Assembly: GCA_000146465.1 (NCBI GenBank)
Contig: CP001949.1
DNA length: 64,000 bases
Reading direction: 5' to 3' (one strand)
In this document: positions 8,814 to 19,974 of the stretch, piece after piece
How positions within the stretch are numbered: position 1 is the stretch's first letter
Layout of the letters: every line of letters begins with the position of its first letter
Notes under the pieces: generated by a model
Databases searched by the model: none
Seen by the model: the letters and a program-made list of their open reading frames with translations, nothing else
What the model was told of the DNA's origin: nothing
Made by a program: the position numbers and the translations under genes

Positions 8814-10493
8814 TTAGCATAGGTCCTTGACCATGTACGGGCCCTCCAGGACATACCCAAACTTGGAGTAGTAGTTCCTGGTCCCTACTCCCGAGATAAT
8901 TGCGATCTTGCTTGATCCATGCTCGTCCCTTGCAATCCTCTCGGCTTCGGCTATCAGGAGTGTGCCATATCCCCGGTGCTGGTACTTTCTTTCATCGCTC
9001 TTGTTTATGGCCACCGCACTCCCGTACACGTGGAGTTCTCTTATCATGGATGCATTTCCATTAACCACAGCAGGATGGTATTTCCCTCCCCGAGGACTTT
9101 CTCCACCTGTTTCCGAAGGTGGATCTAGGCCCTTCAACTCCTTTCGAAACGTGTCCACACTGCATTTGCGCAGCCTCAAAAGCCCTATCAAAATATCCTG
9201 CTTCACATCTTCATAGCTAAGGAATGTCTCCCAACCCTTGTTGGCCACATAATCTCTCCTCACAAGTTCTACTTCTTCTGGTAAGACACTTTCATGAATA
9301 TTCTTGATTCCAACCTCTCTAGTCCTTACATCTCTGCACCTTGTTCTGTAGTCCTTCATTCTGGCAAGTGCGAGTTCTCTTATGTTGCCGTGTTCCACCC
9401 CAGAGCTTACCAATGTCATCGGAATGTCTCTTTGCACTCTGTAGACTCTCATCCATGGAGGTACAAATGAAAGAATCCTTGCTAGGAGATCAATCAGCTC
9501 GTCGGGGGAATAGTTCTTATATTTGTTGTTCTTCCACAACTCAAAAAGTCCTGTCCCCTTAATTACGAGAGTAGGATATATCTTCAGCCCGTCACTCCGG
9601 AACCTAGGGTTATCGAAGTATTCTCGGAACTGTGCAAGATCCCTCTTCATAGGAACATTTGGAAGGTTAGGCATCATATGTGCAACTATCTTGAACCCGG
9701 CATCCTTAGAAAGCCCAAAGGATTCACACACACTTCCAACCGTGTGTCCTCTGTTGGTATCCAGGGCAACATCTTCATACACGCTTTGAACACCTATCTC
9801 AATCCTCGTGCATCCATAGCTTAGCATCTTACTGAGGTGTGGACGCACACAGAAATCCGGTCTTGTCTCTATTGTTATCCCAACACATTTCAACCGTCCT
9901 TCTGCTCCAACCCTCACTGCCTCTTCTACCGAGGCAGATGTATGCCCGCTCAGGGCATCATGCAGCCTTGAGATAAAGTGGTCTCTATAGGATTCGGGCA
10001 GGGACATAAACGTTCCCCCCATTATTATGTACTCGACTTTGTCCACATTATGCCCAAGGCTTTTGAGTTGCTTGAGTCTTTCTCGTGCTTGCTCAAATGG
10101 ATCATATCTACTTCTTATGGCTCTCATGCTTGTCGGCTCATATCCCGTGTACGATTGTGTAGAATATTCAAAGTCGGAGTCGGGGCCTCCAGGGCAGTAT
10201 ACACATATGTTCCCCGTTAGTGCTATGTGGGGGCATCTGTGGGGCTTGCACATCACTGCAACAACAGCAACCCCAGATGCAGTCCTAACCGGCTTCACCC
10301 TAAGCTGCTGAATCAGATGCCCATACTCGGGTGGAATAAACGAGATTATGTCCACCACACGCGGAGTAGCCCCGAGGTTGTACTTCTTGCACACCCTGGA
10401 CTTGATTGCATTCACATCTATCTTCTTCTCTTGCTTGTAGAGTCTAATGATCTCGCCAGAAATTTCGTTACATGCCTTGAGGAAGTCGGACAT
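8814..10493 (-). CDS. ELP3: Elongator complex catalytic subunit Elp3 (radical SAM plus GNAT acetyltransferase)
   Basis: 559 aa with a radical-SAM Cys cluster ([17 protein letters not shown]) and a C-terminal GNAT region. Full-length collinear Elp3 architecture. Confidence 0.9.
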   Translation of the reverse strand: MSDFLKACNEISGEIIRLYKQEKKIDVNAIKSRVCKKYNLGATPRVVDIISFIPPEYGHLIQQLRVKPVRTASGVAVVAVMCKPHRCPHIALTGNICVYCPGGPDSDFEYSTQSYTGYEPTSMRAIRSRYDPFEQARERLKQLKSLGHNVDKVEYIIMGGTFMSLPESYRDHFISRLHDALSGHTSASVEEAVRVGAEGRLKCVGITIETRPDFCVRPHLSKMLSYGCTRIEIGVQSVYEDVALDTNRGHTVGSVCESFGLSKDAGFKIVAHMMPNLPNVPMKRDLAQFREYFDNPRFRSDGLKIYPTLVIKGTGLFELWKNNKYKNYSPDELIDLLARILSFVPPWMRVYRVQRDIPMTLVSSGVEHGNIRELALARMKDYRTRCRDVRTREVGIKNIHESVLPEEVELVRRDYVANKGWETFLSYEDVKQDILIGLLRLRKCSVDTFRKELKGLDPPSETGGESPRGGKYHPAVVNGNASMIRELHVYGSAVAINKSDERKYQHRGYGTLLIAEAERIARDEHGSSKIAIISGVGTRNYYSKFGYVLEGPYMVKDLC

Positions 10494-10619
10494 TCTTGGG
10501 GAGGATGGAGTCTGGAATTAATTCCTTAGAAAGAGGAGTTGGGCTTCCATGTGAGCAATGGGCAATGCTGGCTGGAAGTGCACTTTGGGATATTTTGTAT
10601 TCGATTTTGAGCCCCGAAG

Positions 10620-13079
10620 ATGCAGGCTTCTCTGTACCTAAACACATCAACACGGATGAGGAAAGACGAGATAATGCAGAAGCTGGGGTCGAACAACGAG
10701 GAGGACAAGGCTGAAGGAATGAAACAGATAATAGCACAGATGAGCCAGGGAGAGGACTTTGGCTCTCTTACACACAAAGTAACAAAGGAGACCTTAGTGG
10801 TGAAGAGCAACGAGCTTAAGAGGCTATTCTATTACTATCTAGAGCTACTTCCGAAATCCAGAGGATCTCAGTCGTTTGAGGAGATACTTCTTCTGTCTAA
10901 TCAAGTTCGAAAGGATCTTGAGCATCCAAATGAGTATGTCCGAGGGTTTGTAATGAGATTTGTCAGTACTCTGGACGACCAGGAACTTGTAGGGAACTTC
11001 TACAAGTTGATCAAAGACAACCTCAACCATCCGAACGCATATGTTCGAAGAAATGCATACTTCTGTCTTGGAGAGATCTTCCTGAAGATGGACACATACA
11101 AGGAAATTCCAGACCTTCTGTACCATGCACTGCTCAGAGACCTGGATCCAAACTGTTTGCGGGAGGCCTTTGTCTCTCTGCACCAGACGGATCCAGACTT
11201 GGCATTGAAGTATGCTAACGAGGTGGACTTGTCGATACCAAGCGAGCTTTCCACGGCCATCATAGAGAAGACTAGCGACCCAGGCCTTCTGGAGAGGTTC
11301 CTTTTTTCCGGGGATTTCCAAACGGCGCTTGAAGCGGGGATATCGATTCACAGGATTAGTAGCGACGAAGAGTTGTTGAAGAGAAGTACAGACACCATAC
11401 TGAGGTGTCTTGCAGATCTTCCCGAATTCAGAGAATATGCTGTTGACGAGCTTCTGCTCTCCACATACTCGTTTTCAGGATATGCAATGAGCTTCTTGGA
11501 ACTTATAGACCCGTACGACTTGAGTCTTTGTTCAAAGTGCCTGGACCTTGCTTTCAAGATTGCAGAGACCCACGAGTTTCTGCGAATCTCCGAGTTCCTG
11601 GGATCGAAGTTCATTGATACTCATGATGCATCATCGCAGAACCAGAACTTCAAGGTGCTTCTCCTGAAGAAGATGGCATACTTTGCTGATGTCTATTCAT
11701 CCTACAGCGAAGAGATGATTTCTGAGTCATTGAAAAACATTGTGTCGGACAATCCGGAGATGAGCTATGGATCCTTGGTATTTCTCTCCTCTTGCTTCGA
11801 GGTCATGAGGAAGAATACTATGCCTGGGCAGAGAGAAACAATAGGATATATCGGCCATCTGAAGACATTGGTGAATAAGATAAACGCGGTGAAGTATGGG
11901 AAGATATTGAGGTGCTGTTTTGAGGTTCTTAGGAAATATGCCACAAAGGAGATCTTCCTCAGTACTGTTGAGATGCTGGACTGTTCGTTTGAGCTTTCCA
12001 GCAAGCCTTTGTATTTAGAAAACACACAGACGTTTTTGGGAGCATTTATGTGCATTGAATTGGCTAAGATGTGCAAGACATTTGGAGAAGACCAAAAGGA
12101 CAGGGTTATTGGGATCATGCTAAAGTTTGTTGAATACGGGAAGGAAAGCAAGACTATCGATGTGAGTTCCCATTCGACAATAATATCATGTATTAGATCT
12201 CTGATGTCTTGTGATGAGGAGGTGGGGATTGAGTTTGATAGGCAAGTACGGTGCAGGGAGAATGTTCTGGACCCTATTGTACTTCCTGGGGTGCGACCCG
12301 GTGATGAAAGGAATCAAAATAAGCTTTGCGAGTTTCTGAGAAAGGATGAAGGCGGGAGCGGAGAAATGAGGAATGTAACCCAGCTGACAGGGCTGTCGGA
12401 TCCCATCTATGTTGAGGCCACTACAAGTTACACCCGGCACGAGGTTGTGATGGATATGCTTCTTATCAACCAGACCTCGTCCTATCTTCAAAACATACTA
12501 CTGGACTTTGTGACCAGCCAGGGATTTAATGCAACATTCATCAACACGCCGTTTTCGTTGTCCAGTAGGTCAGTGGTGACCAAGAGATTTACATTCAGAA
12601 TCATCGAAGGATCGAATGGGTTTATAAGTGGATCCATAACCTTCAGGTATCCTGACGAATGTGGAGAGTATGCCAACACGGTGTATACAATCAATTTGGC
12701 GGAGGTAAGAACGGCAGTGTCGGAGTTTCTCGAGCCAAAGAAGATGGACTCTGACGAATTCCGAGAGACGTGGAAGGAGCTTGAGTGGGAAAACACATAC
12801 ACACTCAAGTTTGTTACCAGAAGAACCTTGGAAGAGATATTTGAGGAGGTGAGCAAGGTCCTGAACGGGGAGATACTGGACATCGAGTACGACGAGAGCT
12901 ATGCTGTTGGGAACATAGCTTGTATGACTCTCCAGAACGTATGTGTGCTGATCAATGTATGTCTTAGAAAAGGGGAGTATGTGCACTTTGAATCTAGGAT
13001 CCGTAGCAGAAGGGAGGGGATAGTAAAGTCTGTAAGCGCAGTGGTTGGGGATGTCCTGAAGTCGCTTAAGAATAAATGA
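10620..13079 (+). CDS. SEC26: Coatomer beta subunit (COPB1/Sec26)
   Basis: The N-terminus matches the COPB adaptin N-domain (...LEHPNEYVRGFVMRFVSTL...NHPNAYVRRNAYFCLGEIF). The true start may be the internal Met at ~10653. Confidence 0.8.
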   Translation: MQASLYLNTSTRMRKDEIMQKLGSNNEEDKAEGMKQIIAQMSQGEDFGSLTHKVTKETLVVKSNELKRLFYYYLELLPKSRGSQSFEEILLLSNQVRKDLEHPNEYVRGFVMRFVSTLDDQELVGNFYKLIKDNLNHPNAYVRRNAYFCLGEIFLKMDTYKEIPDLLYHALLRDLDPNCLREAFVSLHQTDPDLALKYANEVDLSIPSELSTAIIEKTSDPGLLERFLFSGDFQTALEAGISIHRISSDEELLKRSTDTILRCLADLPEFREYAVDELLLSTYSFSGYAMSFLELIDPYDLSLCSKCLDLAFKIAETHEFLRISEFLGSKFIDTHDASSQNQNFKVLLLKKMAYFADVYSSYSEEMISESLKNIVSDNPEMSYGSLVFLSSCFEVMRKNTMPGQRETIGYIGHLKTLVNKINAVKYGKILRCCFEVLRKYATKEIFLSTVEMLDCSFELSSKPLYLENTQTFLGAFMCIELAKMCKTFGEDQKDRVIGIMLKFVEYGKESKTIDVSSHSTIISCIRSLMSCDEEVGIEFDRQVRCRENVLDPIVLPGVRPGDERNQNKLCEFLRKDEGGSGEMRNVTQLTGLSDPIYVEATTSYTRHEVVMDMLLINQTSSYLQNILLDFVTSQGFNATFINTPFSLSSRSVVTKRFTFRIIEGSNGFISGSITFRYPDECGEYANTVYTINLAEVRTAVSEFLEPKKMDSDEFRETWKELEWENTYTLKFVTRRTLEEIFEEVSKVLNGEILDIEYDESYAVGNIACMTLQNVCVLINVCLRKGEYVHFESRIRSRREGIVKSVSAVVGDVLKSLKNK

Positions 13080-13123
13080 TCTTTGGTAAAGCGGATTTCT
13101 TTGAAAATTTTTGATCCCTGAAA

Positions 13124-14128
13124 ATGTCATCGGCCGAGCTGGAGGTTTTGGAATATCTGAACGGGCACAAGGACGAGGTCAAGGGCCTGAAGGTTGTGCG
13201 AGTATCTGGAAAGGAGATCCTGTACTCCTCATCGAAGGACAAGAAGGTTTTCAGCTGGGATCTGCACAGCAAGATTGACTCTGAGTTTGGCAAGATACTT
13301 AAGTTATATGAAGGGGGGCATAGCAAGAGAATTAACGGGATTGATGTGTCTAAGGACGGAAGCATGATGGTGACTGTTGGATCTGACGGGATAGGGAGGA
13401 TCTGGGACACAGAGGCCAAAAAATCAAAGCCCCTTGAGGGGCATAGTAGAGATGTTCTGTGTGTGAGCATCAACAGCAACGATACAAAGATAGTCAGTGG
13501 GTCTGTTGACAGGACGATGAACCTCTATAACACAAGAGGGGAGCTGATTGCAAAGATTGGGAAGGAGACGGAAAAGATGCATCGAGGATGGATCAACTGT
13601 GTTGCGTTCCACCCGATTGAGGAGAACATTCTCGCAAGCGGATCCACAGATGGGACTGTGAAGATCTGGGACTTGGATGCTCCGGAGCACATGCAGACAT
13701 ATCTTGGAGGGATGTATGTTGACTATGAGAAGGCAAAGGAGAAGAAGGTTTCCCCTGCAGACTACGACGAGTCGAAGAGTGTCACTGCAATGGCATTTTC
13801 GAAGGACGGGTCGATTCTGACATATGGAGAGAAGAGTGGGAAGGTATATCTTGTGAAGCTAGACTCCAAGGAGTGCATACAGAGTCTTGACACGCTCATT
13901 CCTGTTAGGTCGATTGCAGTTGGAGAGACTGAGCCTGTGATTGCATTAGGGACAGATGAGTCCGTAATTATTTGGGAGACAATCAGCTCAAGGATTATTG
14001 CAAATTATAACCTTAAGGAAATTGGAAACGGAGTTCGATGCCTATCCCTAGCGTTTTCTGGCAACACTCTTTATTGCGGATTGTCTTCTGGGACAATTGT
14101 CCCATTGGAGCTTAGAAAATCGGATTAA
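13124..14128 (+). CDS. RACK1/Asc1-like WD40 protein (G-beta-like)
   Basis: Seven WD repeats with RACK1-like spacing (GHSRDVLCVSINSNDTKIVSGSVDRTMNLYN...WINCVAFHP...GSTDGTVKIWDL). Confidence 0.65.
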   Translation: MSSAELEVLEYLNGHKDEVKGLKVVRVSGKEILYSSSKDKKVFSWDLHSKIDSEFGKILKLYEGGHSKRINGIDVSKDGSMMVTVGSDGIGRIWDTEAKKSKPLEGHSRDVLCVSINSNDTKIVSGSVDRTMNLYNTRGELIAKIGKETEKMHRGWINCVAFHPIEENILASGSTDGTVKIWDLDAPEHMQTYLGGMYVDYEKAKEKKVSPADYDESKSVTAMAFSKDGSILTYGEKSGKVYLVKLDSKECIQSLDTLIPVRSIAVGETEPVIALGTDESVIIWETISSRIIANYNLKEIGNGVRCLSLAFSGNTLYCGLSSGTIVPLELRKSD

Positions 14129-14174
14129 ACTGGTTCTTTGGTTTTCTTTTTAGTTTCCTTTCTGCCTCCCTGGG

Positions 14175-16034
14175 ATGGACAGGATCGAGCTATACGAATC
14201 CCAGAAGTTATTTATAGAAGATGCGAGGAGGGTGATTGATGGCGGATCTGTTGGAATATTCTCGAGTCCTACCGGAACGGGCAAAACGATCTCTCTTCTC
14301 AGCGCAGTGGCAGATTATATGGACATAGAGGAGACAGAGATGGATTGTAGAAACAGAATGCTGGAGAAGATACTTTTCCAGGGGTCCAGGAAAGCAGTGT
14401 TCTATTGCACAAGAACACATACTCAGCTGGCACAAGCTATTAATGAACTCAAGAAGCTAGGTGTAAGATGCAATTCGGTTGTACTAGGATCCAGAAAGAT
14501 CTACTGCCTGAATGAAGAGATTCGGAAGTATAAGAGCTCCGATGAAATGAACGAAGCGTGCAAGGAGGCAGTCAAGGAGGGAAAGTGCATGCTCCATGAC
14601 GGATGCGAAGAGTTTGATGGATATGGGGTGATTGATGTGGAGGATCTACTTGCTACAGGGGGGAGAGAGAGGTTCTGTCCGTACTATACTGCCAGAAGCT
14701 ACTCGCAGCAATGCGACATTGTATTTCTTCCCTATCAGTTGTTATTCACCAGAGAGGGAAGGAAAAGTGCAGATATTGATGTGAAAGGAAGTATTGTGGT
14801 TGTGGATGAAGCACATAACATTTATGATTCTGTGATACAGATGAACACAGCAAGTATATCGTTTGGAACAGTAGATAGATATGTCAAAGCGATGGAACTC
14901 TACAAGAAAAGATATGGGGGGAGGATGAAAAGGGATGGGCAGTTTGAGAGGGTTATGGAGGTACTCAAGAAGATAGGGAGCTTCAGGTGTGTACACTGCA
15001 GAGACATGGAGGGAGATGAAGGAGTGATGGGTGTTTCGGAGTTTCTGCTCGGGGCTGGTATTGAGGACTTCAACATGCTTGAGATCGAGGACTACATAGC
15101 CGTTAGCGGGATTTCAAGGAAGCTGGAGGGGTTTGAGAAGGACCTGAATATGAAACTTCCTGAGATATCGAAGTTTCTGTCTCTTCTAACAATGAGTGAC
15201 AAAAGCGGGAGGATCCTTTACAGTTCAAAGGGAATCAAATTTACACCTCTAGATGCATCCATGTACTTTGAAGATGTGCTCGAATGCAGGTCGTTGCTAC
15301 TGGCTGGAGGGACGATGGAACCTATTGACCAGCTTGTCTCTGCACTTAGAAAGAGAAGCCCCAAATACTTTTCATATGGAAGTGTCTGCAAGGACTTCTT
15401 GCCGATTGTGATTCGGTCAGGGCCGTCTGGAAAAGAGATTGTAGTGAACTATGAAACAAGGGAGAGTCCAATGTCTATCAAGGACGTAGCTTCATCCATA
15501 CTCAACCTATCGAATGCAGTCAGAAGTGGAGGGATGGTATGTTTCCTGCCCTCAAAAGCATATCTCAAAATACTTAAGGAGGCATGTGGAGATACGATAG
15601 GATCGAAGAAAGCTCTCTACGAAGACTCGGTAACCTTTGAGGAATACGTGCAGGAGGTTAGAAGAAGCCCTTGTATTCTCTTTGCTGTGATGGGGGGAAG
15701 CCTTAGCGAAGGAGTAAACTTCAACGATAGTCTCTGCAGACTACTTGTGGTTGTTGGAGTTCCCTATCCAAGCCAAGATCTAGAACTTAAAGAAAGAGCC
15801 AAATTCAACGGGAGTGGATACACTACAGCCATAGCAATGAAAACGGTGAATCAAGCTCTGGGGAGGGCGCTGAGACACAGAGACGACTATGCCGTACTTG
15901 TGCTACTGGACAAGAGATACGTCCAGCTCTCAAGACTCACTAGCCCATGGATAAGGGAAAAGATAATTCACTGCAACTTTGGAGATGGACTTTTCAAGAC
16001 TAATAAGTTCCTGAATAAAGATAGATGCCTCTAA
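14175..16034 (+). CDS. Rad3/XPD-family Fe-S DNA helicase, Chl1/DDX11-like
   Basis: Walker A SPTGTGKTISLL, a four-Cys Fe-S cluster segment, and the DEAH box VVDEAHNI. Confidence 0.65.
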   Translation: MDRIELYESQKLFIEDARRVIDGGSVGIFSSPTGTGKTISLLSAVADYMDIEETEMDCRNRMLEKILFQGSRKAVFYCTRTHTQLAQAINELKKLGVRCNSVVLGSRKIYCLNEEIRKYKSSDEMNEACKEAVKEGKCMLHDGCEEFDGYGVIDVEDLLATGGRERFCPYYTARSYSQQCDIVFLPYQLLFTREGRKSADIDVKGSIVVVDEAHNIYDSVIQMNTASISFGTVDRYVKAMELYKKRYGGRMKRDGQFERVMEVLKKIGSFRCVHCRDMEGDEGVMGVSEFLLGAGIEDFNMLEIEDYIAVSGISRKLEGFEKDLNMKLPEISKFLSLLTMSDKSGRILYSSKGIKFTPLDASMYFEDVLECRSLLLAGGTMEPIDQLVSALRKRSPKYFSYGSVCKDFLPIVIRSGPSGKEIVVNYETRESPMSIKDVASSILNLSNAVRSGGMVCFLPSKAYLKILKEACGDTIGSKKALYEDSVTFEEYVQEVRRSPCILFAVMGGSLSEGVNFNDSLCRLLVVVGVPYPSQDLELKERAKFNGSGYTTAIAMKTVNQALGRALRHRDDYAVLVLLDKRYVQLSRLTSPWIREKIIHCNFGDGLFKTNKFLNKDRCL

Positions 16035-16057
16035 GTGCTTTATTTGAACGGATAACC

Positions 16058-16591
16058 CTACTCAAAAAACCCATCCATCTTCTTAACAAGCTTCATTGTG
16101 ATCCGGGGCCCTATTTCATTGAACCCAACCTTTATGTCTTCCTCCTCTTTTGTGAGAATGGCATAATGCCTTATGTGAATAAGATCTCCATCGAAGTAGA
16201 AGTGCAGGCTTCTCTTGAATGCTTCGGGCTGGGACGACAGAGATAGAAACAAGCCTTTGAGGTCGCTTTCTCCTGTGAACGTAATGCAAGGATCGCTCTT
16301 GTAATACTCTTCTTCCACCCTAACGTATTTCGGGTTGTAGTCGACTACGTTGAATACATATGTAGGACCCTTTGGCCGGACTCCGATCTTGATGTCTCTT
16401 GCATCCACCAGAATGAAGTGAGATAGCTCCAATGCATCGGCAACATCTAGATAAGACTTCACTGTTGTGTTTCTGTCTCTAAGTTTGGCAGTGACATTAG
16501 GCTCCAGCATCCTACGTATGTGCATGCAGATTTGTTTCGACCTCTTTGTGGGCTTCTTCACAGTTATCACCAACTTGTTCAGGAACCCCAT
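16058..16591 (-). CDS. Brix-domain ribosome biogenesis protein (Imp4/Rpf-like)
   Basis: Brix-like segments HFILVDAR...GPTYVFNV and GPRITMKL. Confidence 0.5.
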   Translation of the reverse strand: MGFLNKLVITVKKPTKRSKQICMHIRRMLEPNVTAKLRDRNTTVKSYLDVADALELSHFILVDARDIKIGVRPKGPTYVFNVVDYNPKYVRVEEEYYKSDPCITFTGESDLKGLFLSLSSQPEAFKRSLHFYFDGDLIHIRHYAILTKEEEDIKVGFNEIGPRITMKLVKKMDGFFE

Positions 16592-16633
16592 GAGGGGTCT
16601 CCAAACCCCGCCTTTGTTTCGTTTGCAATGGAG

Positions 16634-17578
16634 TTAGATATTTGGAATTGTGGAAACATCCATCATATCGTCCCCACTCCTGTGTTCAAGATTTAAGAAA
16701 CCCGACGCAACATGCTTCTTTATGCCTTCCATCTTCTGGATAGACTCACAGATGCCGTTCCCCGGGGTAACCAGGAACTTAATCGAGTAGTAGCATAGCC
16801 CCACGAAGAAGGCCGTTTCTGCAAGCGAGTTGGTAGGAATTCCCAAGCCATATTCTACAGGAAAAAACATCCTTGCCATTCTAAATGCTCCGGAAGCCAT
16901 GTCCGCACACAAATATGCCATAATGCCAACAATCTTGGGGCTGACCCTTCCAAGAACCTCTTCGATCTCAAACTTGGTGATGATCTGTGTGTATGAGAGG
17001 ACATCATGCATCTTCCATATTTTTTGAAGCAATGCAAAGTACAGTAAAAGCAGCAGGGAATTCTCTGCTATGTTTAGAACTTCTACCAAATAACCTCCAA
17101 GATCATATCCATTGGAAACGTGGAAGATAAACGGATACAAAAAACTTCCAAAGAGTGAATAGTACCTTACAAATGCAATTGAAACCTTTTCGTCGACACC
17201 CAGCACCCGGAATCTCCTCGATGACACCAGAGGAATGACAAGGGCAGTTGCATAAAACATAAAGCTTTTTTGAATGTTTCTGGTACACAGCTCAAGCATC
17301 TTCAAGGAATGGCTGTCCATGCGGATCACCTTGAGAAAGTTGGGAGGACTTCCCTCGAGGTAGTTCTGTGTGCAAAGGAAGTAATAAATGCTTGTAAGCA
17401 CAAGAACCAGAAGAAGGAACATGAGTCCCTTTGCTCTTGTGGACTGGATTTCCTCTATGTACTTTGTGCCAGAGACCTCCGGACTGCTATTCGCTCTCAA
17501 CACAATGAGATTTACGGCAGTGGCTCCAAGAACAAGCACTGCTGCAAAAAGCAGAAGTGGTGCGATGGCAGAGTCCAT
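16634..17578 (-). CDS. Multi-pass membrane protein, hypothetical
   Basis: 314 aa with more than 7 hydrophobic helices; no motif recognised. Confidence 0.45.
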   Translation of the reverse strand: MDSAIAPLLLFAAVLVLGATAVNLIVLRANSSPEVSGTKYIEEIQSTRAKGLMFLLLVLVLTSIYYFLCTQNYLEGSPPNFLKVIRMDSHSLKMLELCTRNIQKSFMFYATALVIPLVSSRRFRVLGVDEKVSIAFVRYYSLFGSFLYPFIFHVSNGYDLGGYLVEVLNIAENSLLLLLYFALLQKIWKMHDVLSYTQIITKFEIEEVLGRVSPKIVGIMAYLCADMASGAFRMARMFFPVEYGLGIPTNSLAETAFFVGLCYYSIKFLVTPGNGICESIQKMEGIKKHVASGFLNLEHRSGDDMMDVSTIPNI

Positions 17579-17713
17579 TTTTGTTTATCTTGGAGAAAGG
17601 GAATTGTGGTAACTGTAAATGGCTCAAACAGATTTTGAAACAGATCAAGGGAGACAAGTACAAAGAGAAGAATAATCAAAACACTTAATTAACATTCTTC
17701 TGGCAACTCGAAA

Positions 17714-18640
17714 GTGTATTCAAATTATTTTTCTTCTAGTGCCCTGGAAATGGTTATCCAGCTAATTTATCTAGGCGTGTCATACATGATGTTGAAGATA
17801 CTCCCGACCATATACCAGTACATATACTCGAAGTGTAGAAACCATCAAGTGTGGGAAGGATTGAAGAAGAAGTATGTTCTCATCAATGGAGCAACAGGAA
17901 AGGTTGGAATGGGGCTGGCCAGGAAGTTTGCAGAAAAAGGAATGAAGATTCTCCTTGTTGGAAGAAGCGAGTCCCGGCTCACAAGACTCCATGCAAAGAT
18001 AGGGAGGATGACCGAGTGCCACATGCACATTGTGGACTACAAAAGAAACCCCAACCTGTCGTTCATAGAAAGATATGACATAGGAATTCTGATCAACTGT
18101 GTAAGTGCAATAGAGGACAGCCCAGCATACTTTGTGGAGCAAACTGTAGAAGACATCATGAATGCTAACCTTGTTGGGGTGATGTCTCTGACAAGACATG
18201 TGCTTGTCAACATGATGGACAGCGGATATGGGTATGTCATCAACATCGGATCTTTGATGGCAGAAGCATCGACACCTCTGTATTCTGCATTTGGATGCTC
18301 GAAACAGGCCCTAAAGACTTTGTCGGACTCTCTCTATTATGAGTTGTCTGGATATAACATAAACATAGAGTATATGGGAGTTGGGAATGTATCGTGCGAG
18401 GACTATGGAGAGAAGTCTTCGTTCCTGAGGCCGTCCTCGGACACACTTGCATCATCGATCCTGGGCACATTTGGGTCGGCAAAGATGTCTATACCGTACT
18501 TTCCCCATTTTATTATGTATCTTCTAATGCTTTGCATTCCCTCTCCGCTTCTGAGCAGACTAGTCCTCCATAAAAATAGACAGGAAATGCTTGAGATGAG
18601 AAACAATGAGTCCAGCTTTGAAGAACGGAAAGTGAAATGA
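17714..18640 (+). CDS. Short-chain dehydrogenase/reductase (3-ketoacyl reductase-like) with an N-terminal membrane anchor
   Basis: Rossmann motif NGATGKVGMGLARKFAEKGMKILLVGR; SDR length and fold. Confidence 0.6.
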   Translation: MYSNYFSSSALEMVIQLIYLGVSYMMLKILPTIYQYIYSKCRNHQVWEGLKKKYVLINGATGKVGMGLARKFAEKGMKILLVGRSESRLTRLHAKIGRMTECHMHIVDYKRNPNLSFIERYDIGILINCVSAIEDSPAYFVEQTVEDIMNANLVGVMSLTRHVLVNMMDSGYGYVINIGSLMAEASTPLYSAFGCSKQALKTLSDSLYYELSGYNINIEYMGVGNVSCEDYGEKSSFLRPSSDTLASSILGTFGSAKMSIPYFPHFIMYLLMLCIPSPLLSRLVLHKNRQEMLEMRNNESSFEERKVK

Positions 18641-18713
18641 TTTCCTGTCCTGATACTCAAGACAAGTAAGATACAAAGCTTTAGACCACGTCAAGAATAA
18701 AACTGGTTTATTG

Positions 18714-19154
18714 TCAGTTGATAGACGATGCTTGGGATGATATCTTAGGCCACATGTCGGCAACTTCTCTGGGGACTGGGCCAGCTATCTGGGCTCCTCT
18801 CAACTCTCCCTTGTTGTTGATGAGGACTGCAGCATTGTCCTCAAACATAATGTGAGATCCATCTGTGCGCCTCCAGATCTTCTTCTGCCTTATAAGAATG
18901 GCATAATGCACCTTTTTTCGGAGCTCAGGCTTTCCCTTTTTAACGGACACGACACATATATCCCCAGGCGCTGCTGCAGGAAGCCTGTTGAGCCTTCCTC
19001 TGTACCTCTTTACTCCAATGCATCGGAGGATCTTTGCTCCACTATTGTCGGCACATTTCATGAGAGTCTCCACCTGAACACCCCTTGTTATCTTGTTGCG
19101 GGGCTTTATTGAGATCTTCTTCTCAAGAACTTCTGTCTTCTTCTCGGCAGCCAT
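18714..19154 (-). CDS. RPL23: 60S ribosomal protein L23 (uL14)
   Basis: CADNSGAK...[30 protein letters not shown]...[17 protein letters not shown] matches the uL14 core. Confidence 0.85.
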   Translation of the reverse strand: MAAEKKTEVLEKKISIKPRNKITRGVQVETLMKCADNSGAKILRCIGVKRYRGRLNRLPAAAPGDICVVSVKKGKPELRKKVHYAILIRQKKIWRRTDGSHIMFEDNAAVLINNKGELRGAQIAGPVPREVADMWPKISSQASSIN

Positions 19155-19211
19155 ATTTCCGGGGCTTCTGTCGAAATTTTTTTCTAGAGAGATGTTCGCC
19201 CTAGAACTTCA

Positions 19212-19442
19212 TTAGAGGCTGTATCCCTCATAGGCTTCATTGGCCCTGTAAAGATCCTTTGTGGTAGCAGTTGGCCTTGATATTCCCGATTTCATCTCCT
19301 CCTTTCTTCCAAGGAGCTGCCATATTCTTTGCCTTAGCTCTTTAATCTCCTCTTTTCCAAGGTCCTCAGTAAGCATCTTATCTATGGCAAGGAGTTTTAG
19401 CCTTATCTTCGTTTTGATCTCAAGGTCTTTGGAAGTGTCCAT
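19212..19442 (-). CDS. Small hypothetical protein (76 aa)
   Basis: Compact ORF in a short gap; identity unclear. Confidence 0.3.
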   Translation of the reverse strand: MDTSKDLEIKTKIRLKLLAIDKMLTEDLGKEEIKELRQRIWQLLGRKEEMKSGISRPTATTKDLYRANEAYEGYSL

Positions 19443-19536
19443 TCTGTATAGTGGGATGGAACCCAGATGGATTTACCCTGTTTTAAAGTCTCTTTGATAG
19501 ACTTCTTGGATAACAATTATATGCAGACCCCATCAG

Positions 19537-19911
19537 ATGAAGCCGTTTCTTCTAGGCCTCCTCAAGTGCAAAAGATGTTCGTTTACATCAAGACTAGTTC
19601 CTCGATGCGAAAAGGTGAAGAGAAGCAGCATAGATGGAAATGCAAAGATTTTCAACAAGCATACGTTTACAGAGAATGGAGGAGAGAGACTCAAACTTCT
19701 TGTTGAAAGTCTACAGGGCTTTTTTGGCAATTTACTTTCGGAGCAGGAGATCGGATCCTTTGTCGAGGATCCAGACGACGATGAAAGGATAAAGGAGCTT
19801 TTGTTTGGAGTCGATGTTGTAGAGGGAAGCCTGACGTGTGATGAATGCGGCCTTATATACCCGATTAGGGATTCCATTGTGGAGACAGTCGATACTCTTG
19901 AATCTAAATAA
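19537..19911 (+). CDS. TRM112: Trm112-like methyltransferase activator
   Basis: N-terminal MKxxLLxLLxC, and a C-terminal zinc-ribbon-like GSLTCDECGLIYPIRDSI that matches the Trm112 C-terminus. Confidence 0.65.
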   Translation: MKPFLLGLLKCKRCSFTSRLVPRCEKVKRSSIDGNAKIFNKHTFTENGGERLKLLVESLQGFFGNLLSEQEIGSFVEDPDDDERIKELLFGVDVVEGSLTCDECGLIYPIRDSIVETVDTLESK

Positions 19912-19974
19912 AATGTTTTTCATGATTGGTGAGTTGATCGTTTCTAGAGAAATCTCTCTCCATTAGCCCTTGGA

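Noticed and set aside
8908-10529. Multiple 70-100 aa plus-strand ORFs inside the Elp3 locus; similar nested ORFs occur inside coatomer, NTT, SPX-EXS and kinase genes
   Set aside because: These are opposite-strand or off-frame shadow ORFs within long, well-supported genes. They have no motifs and low complexity.
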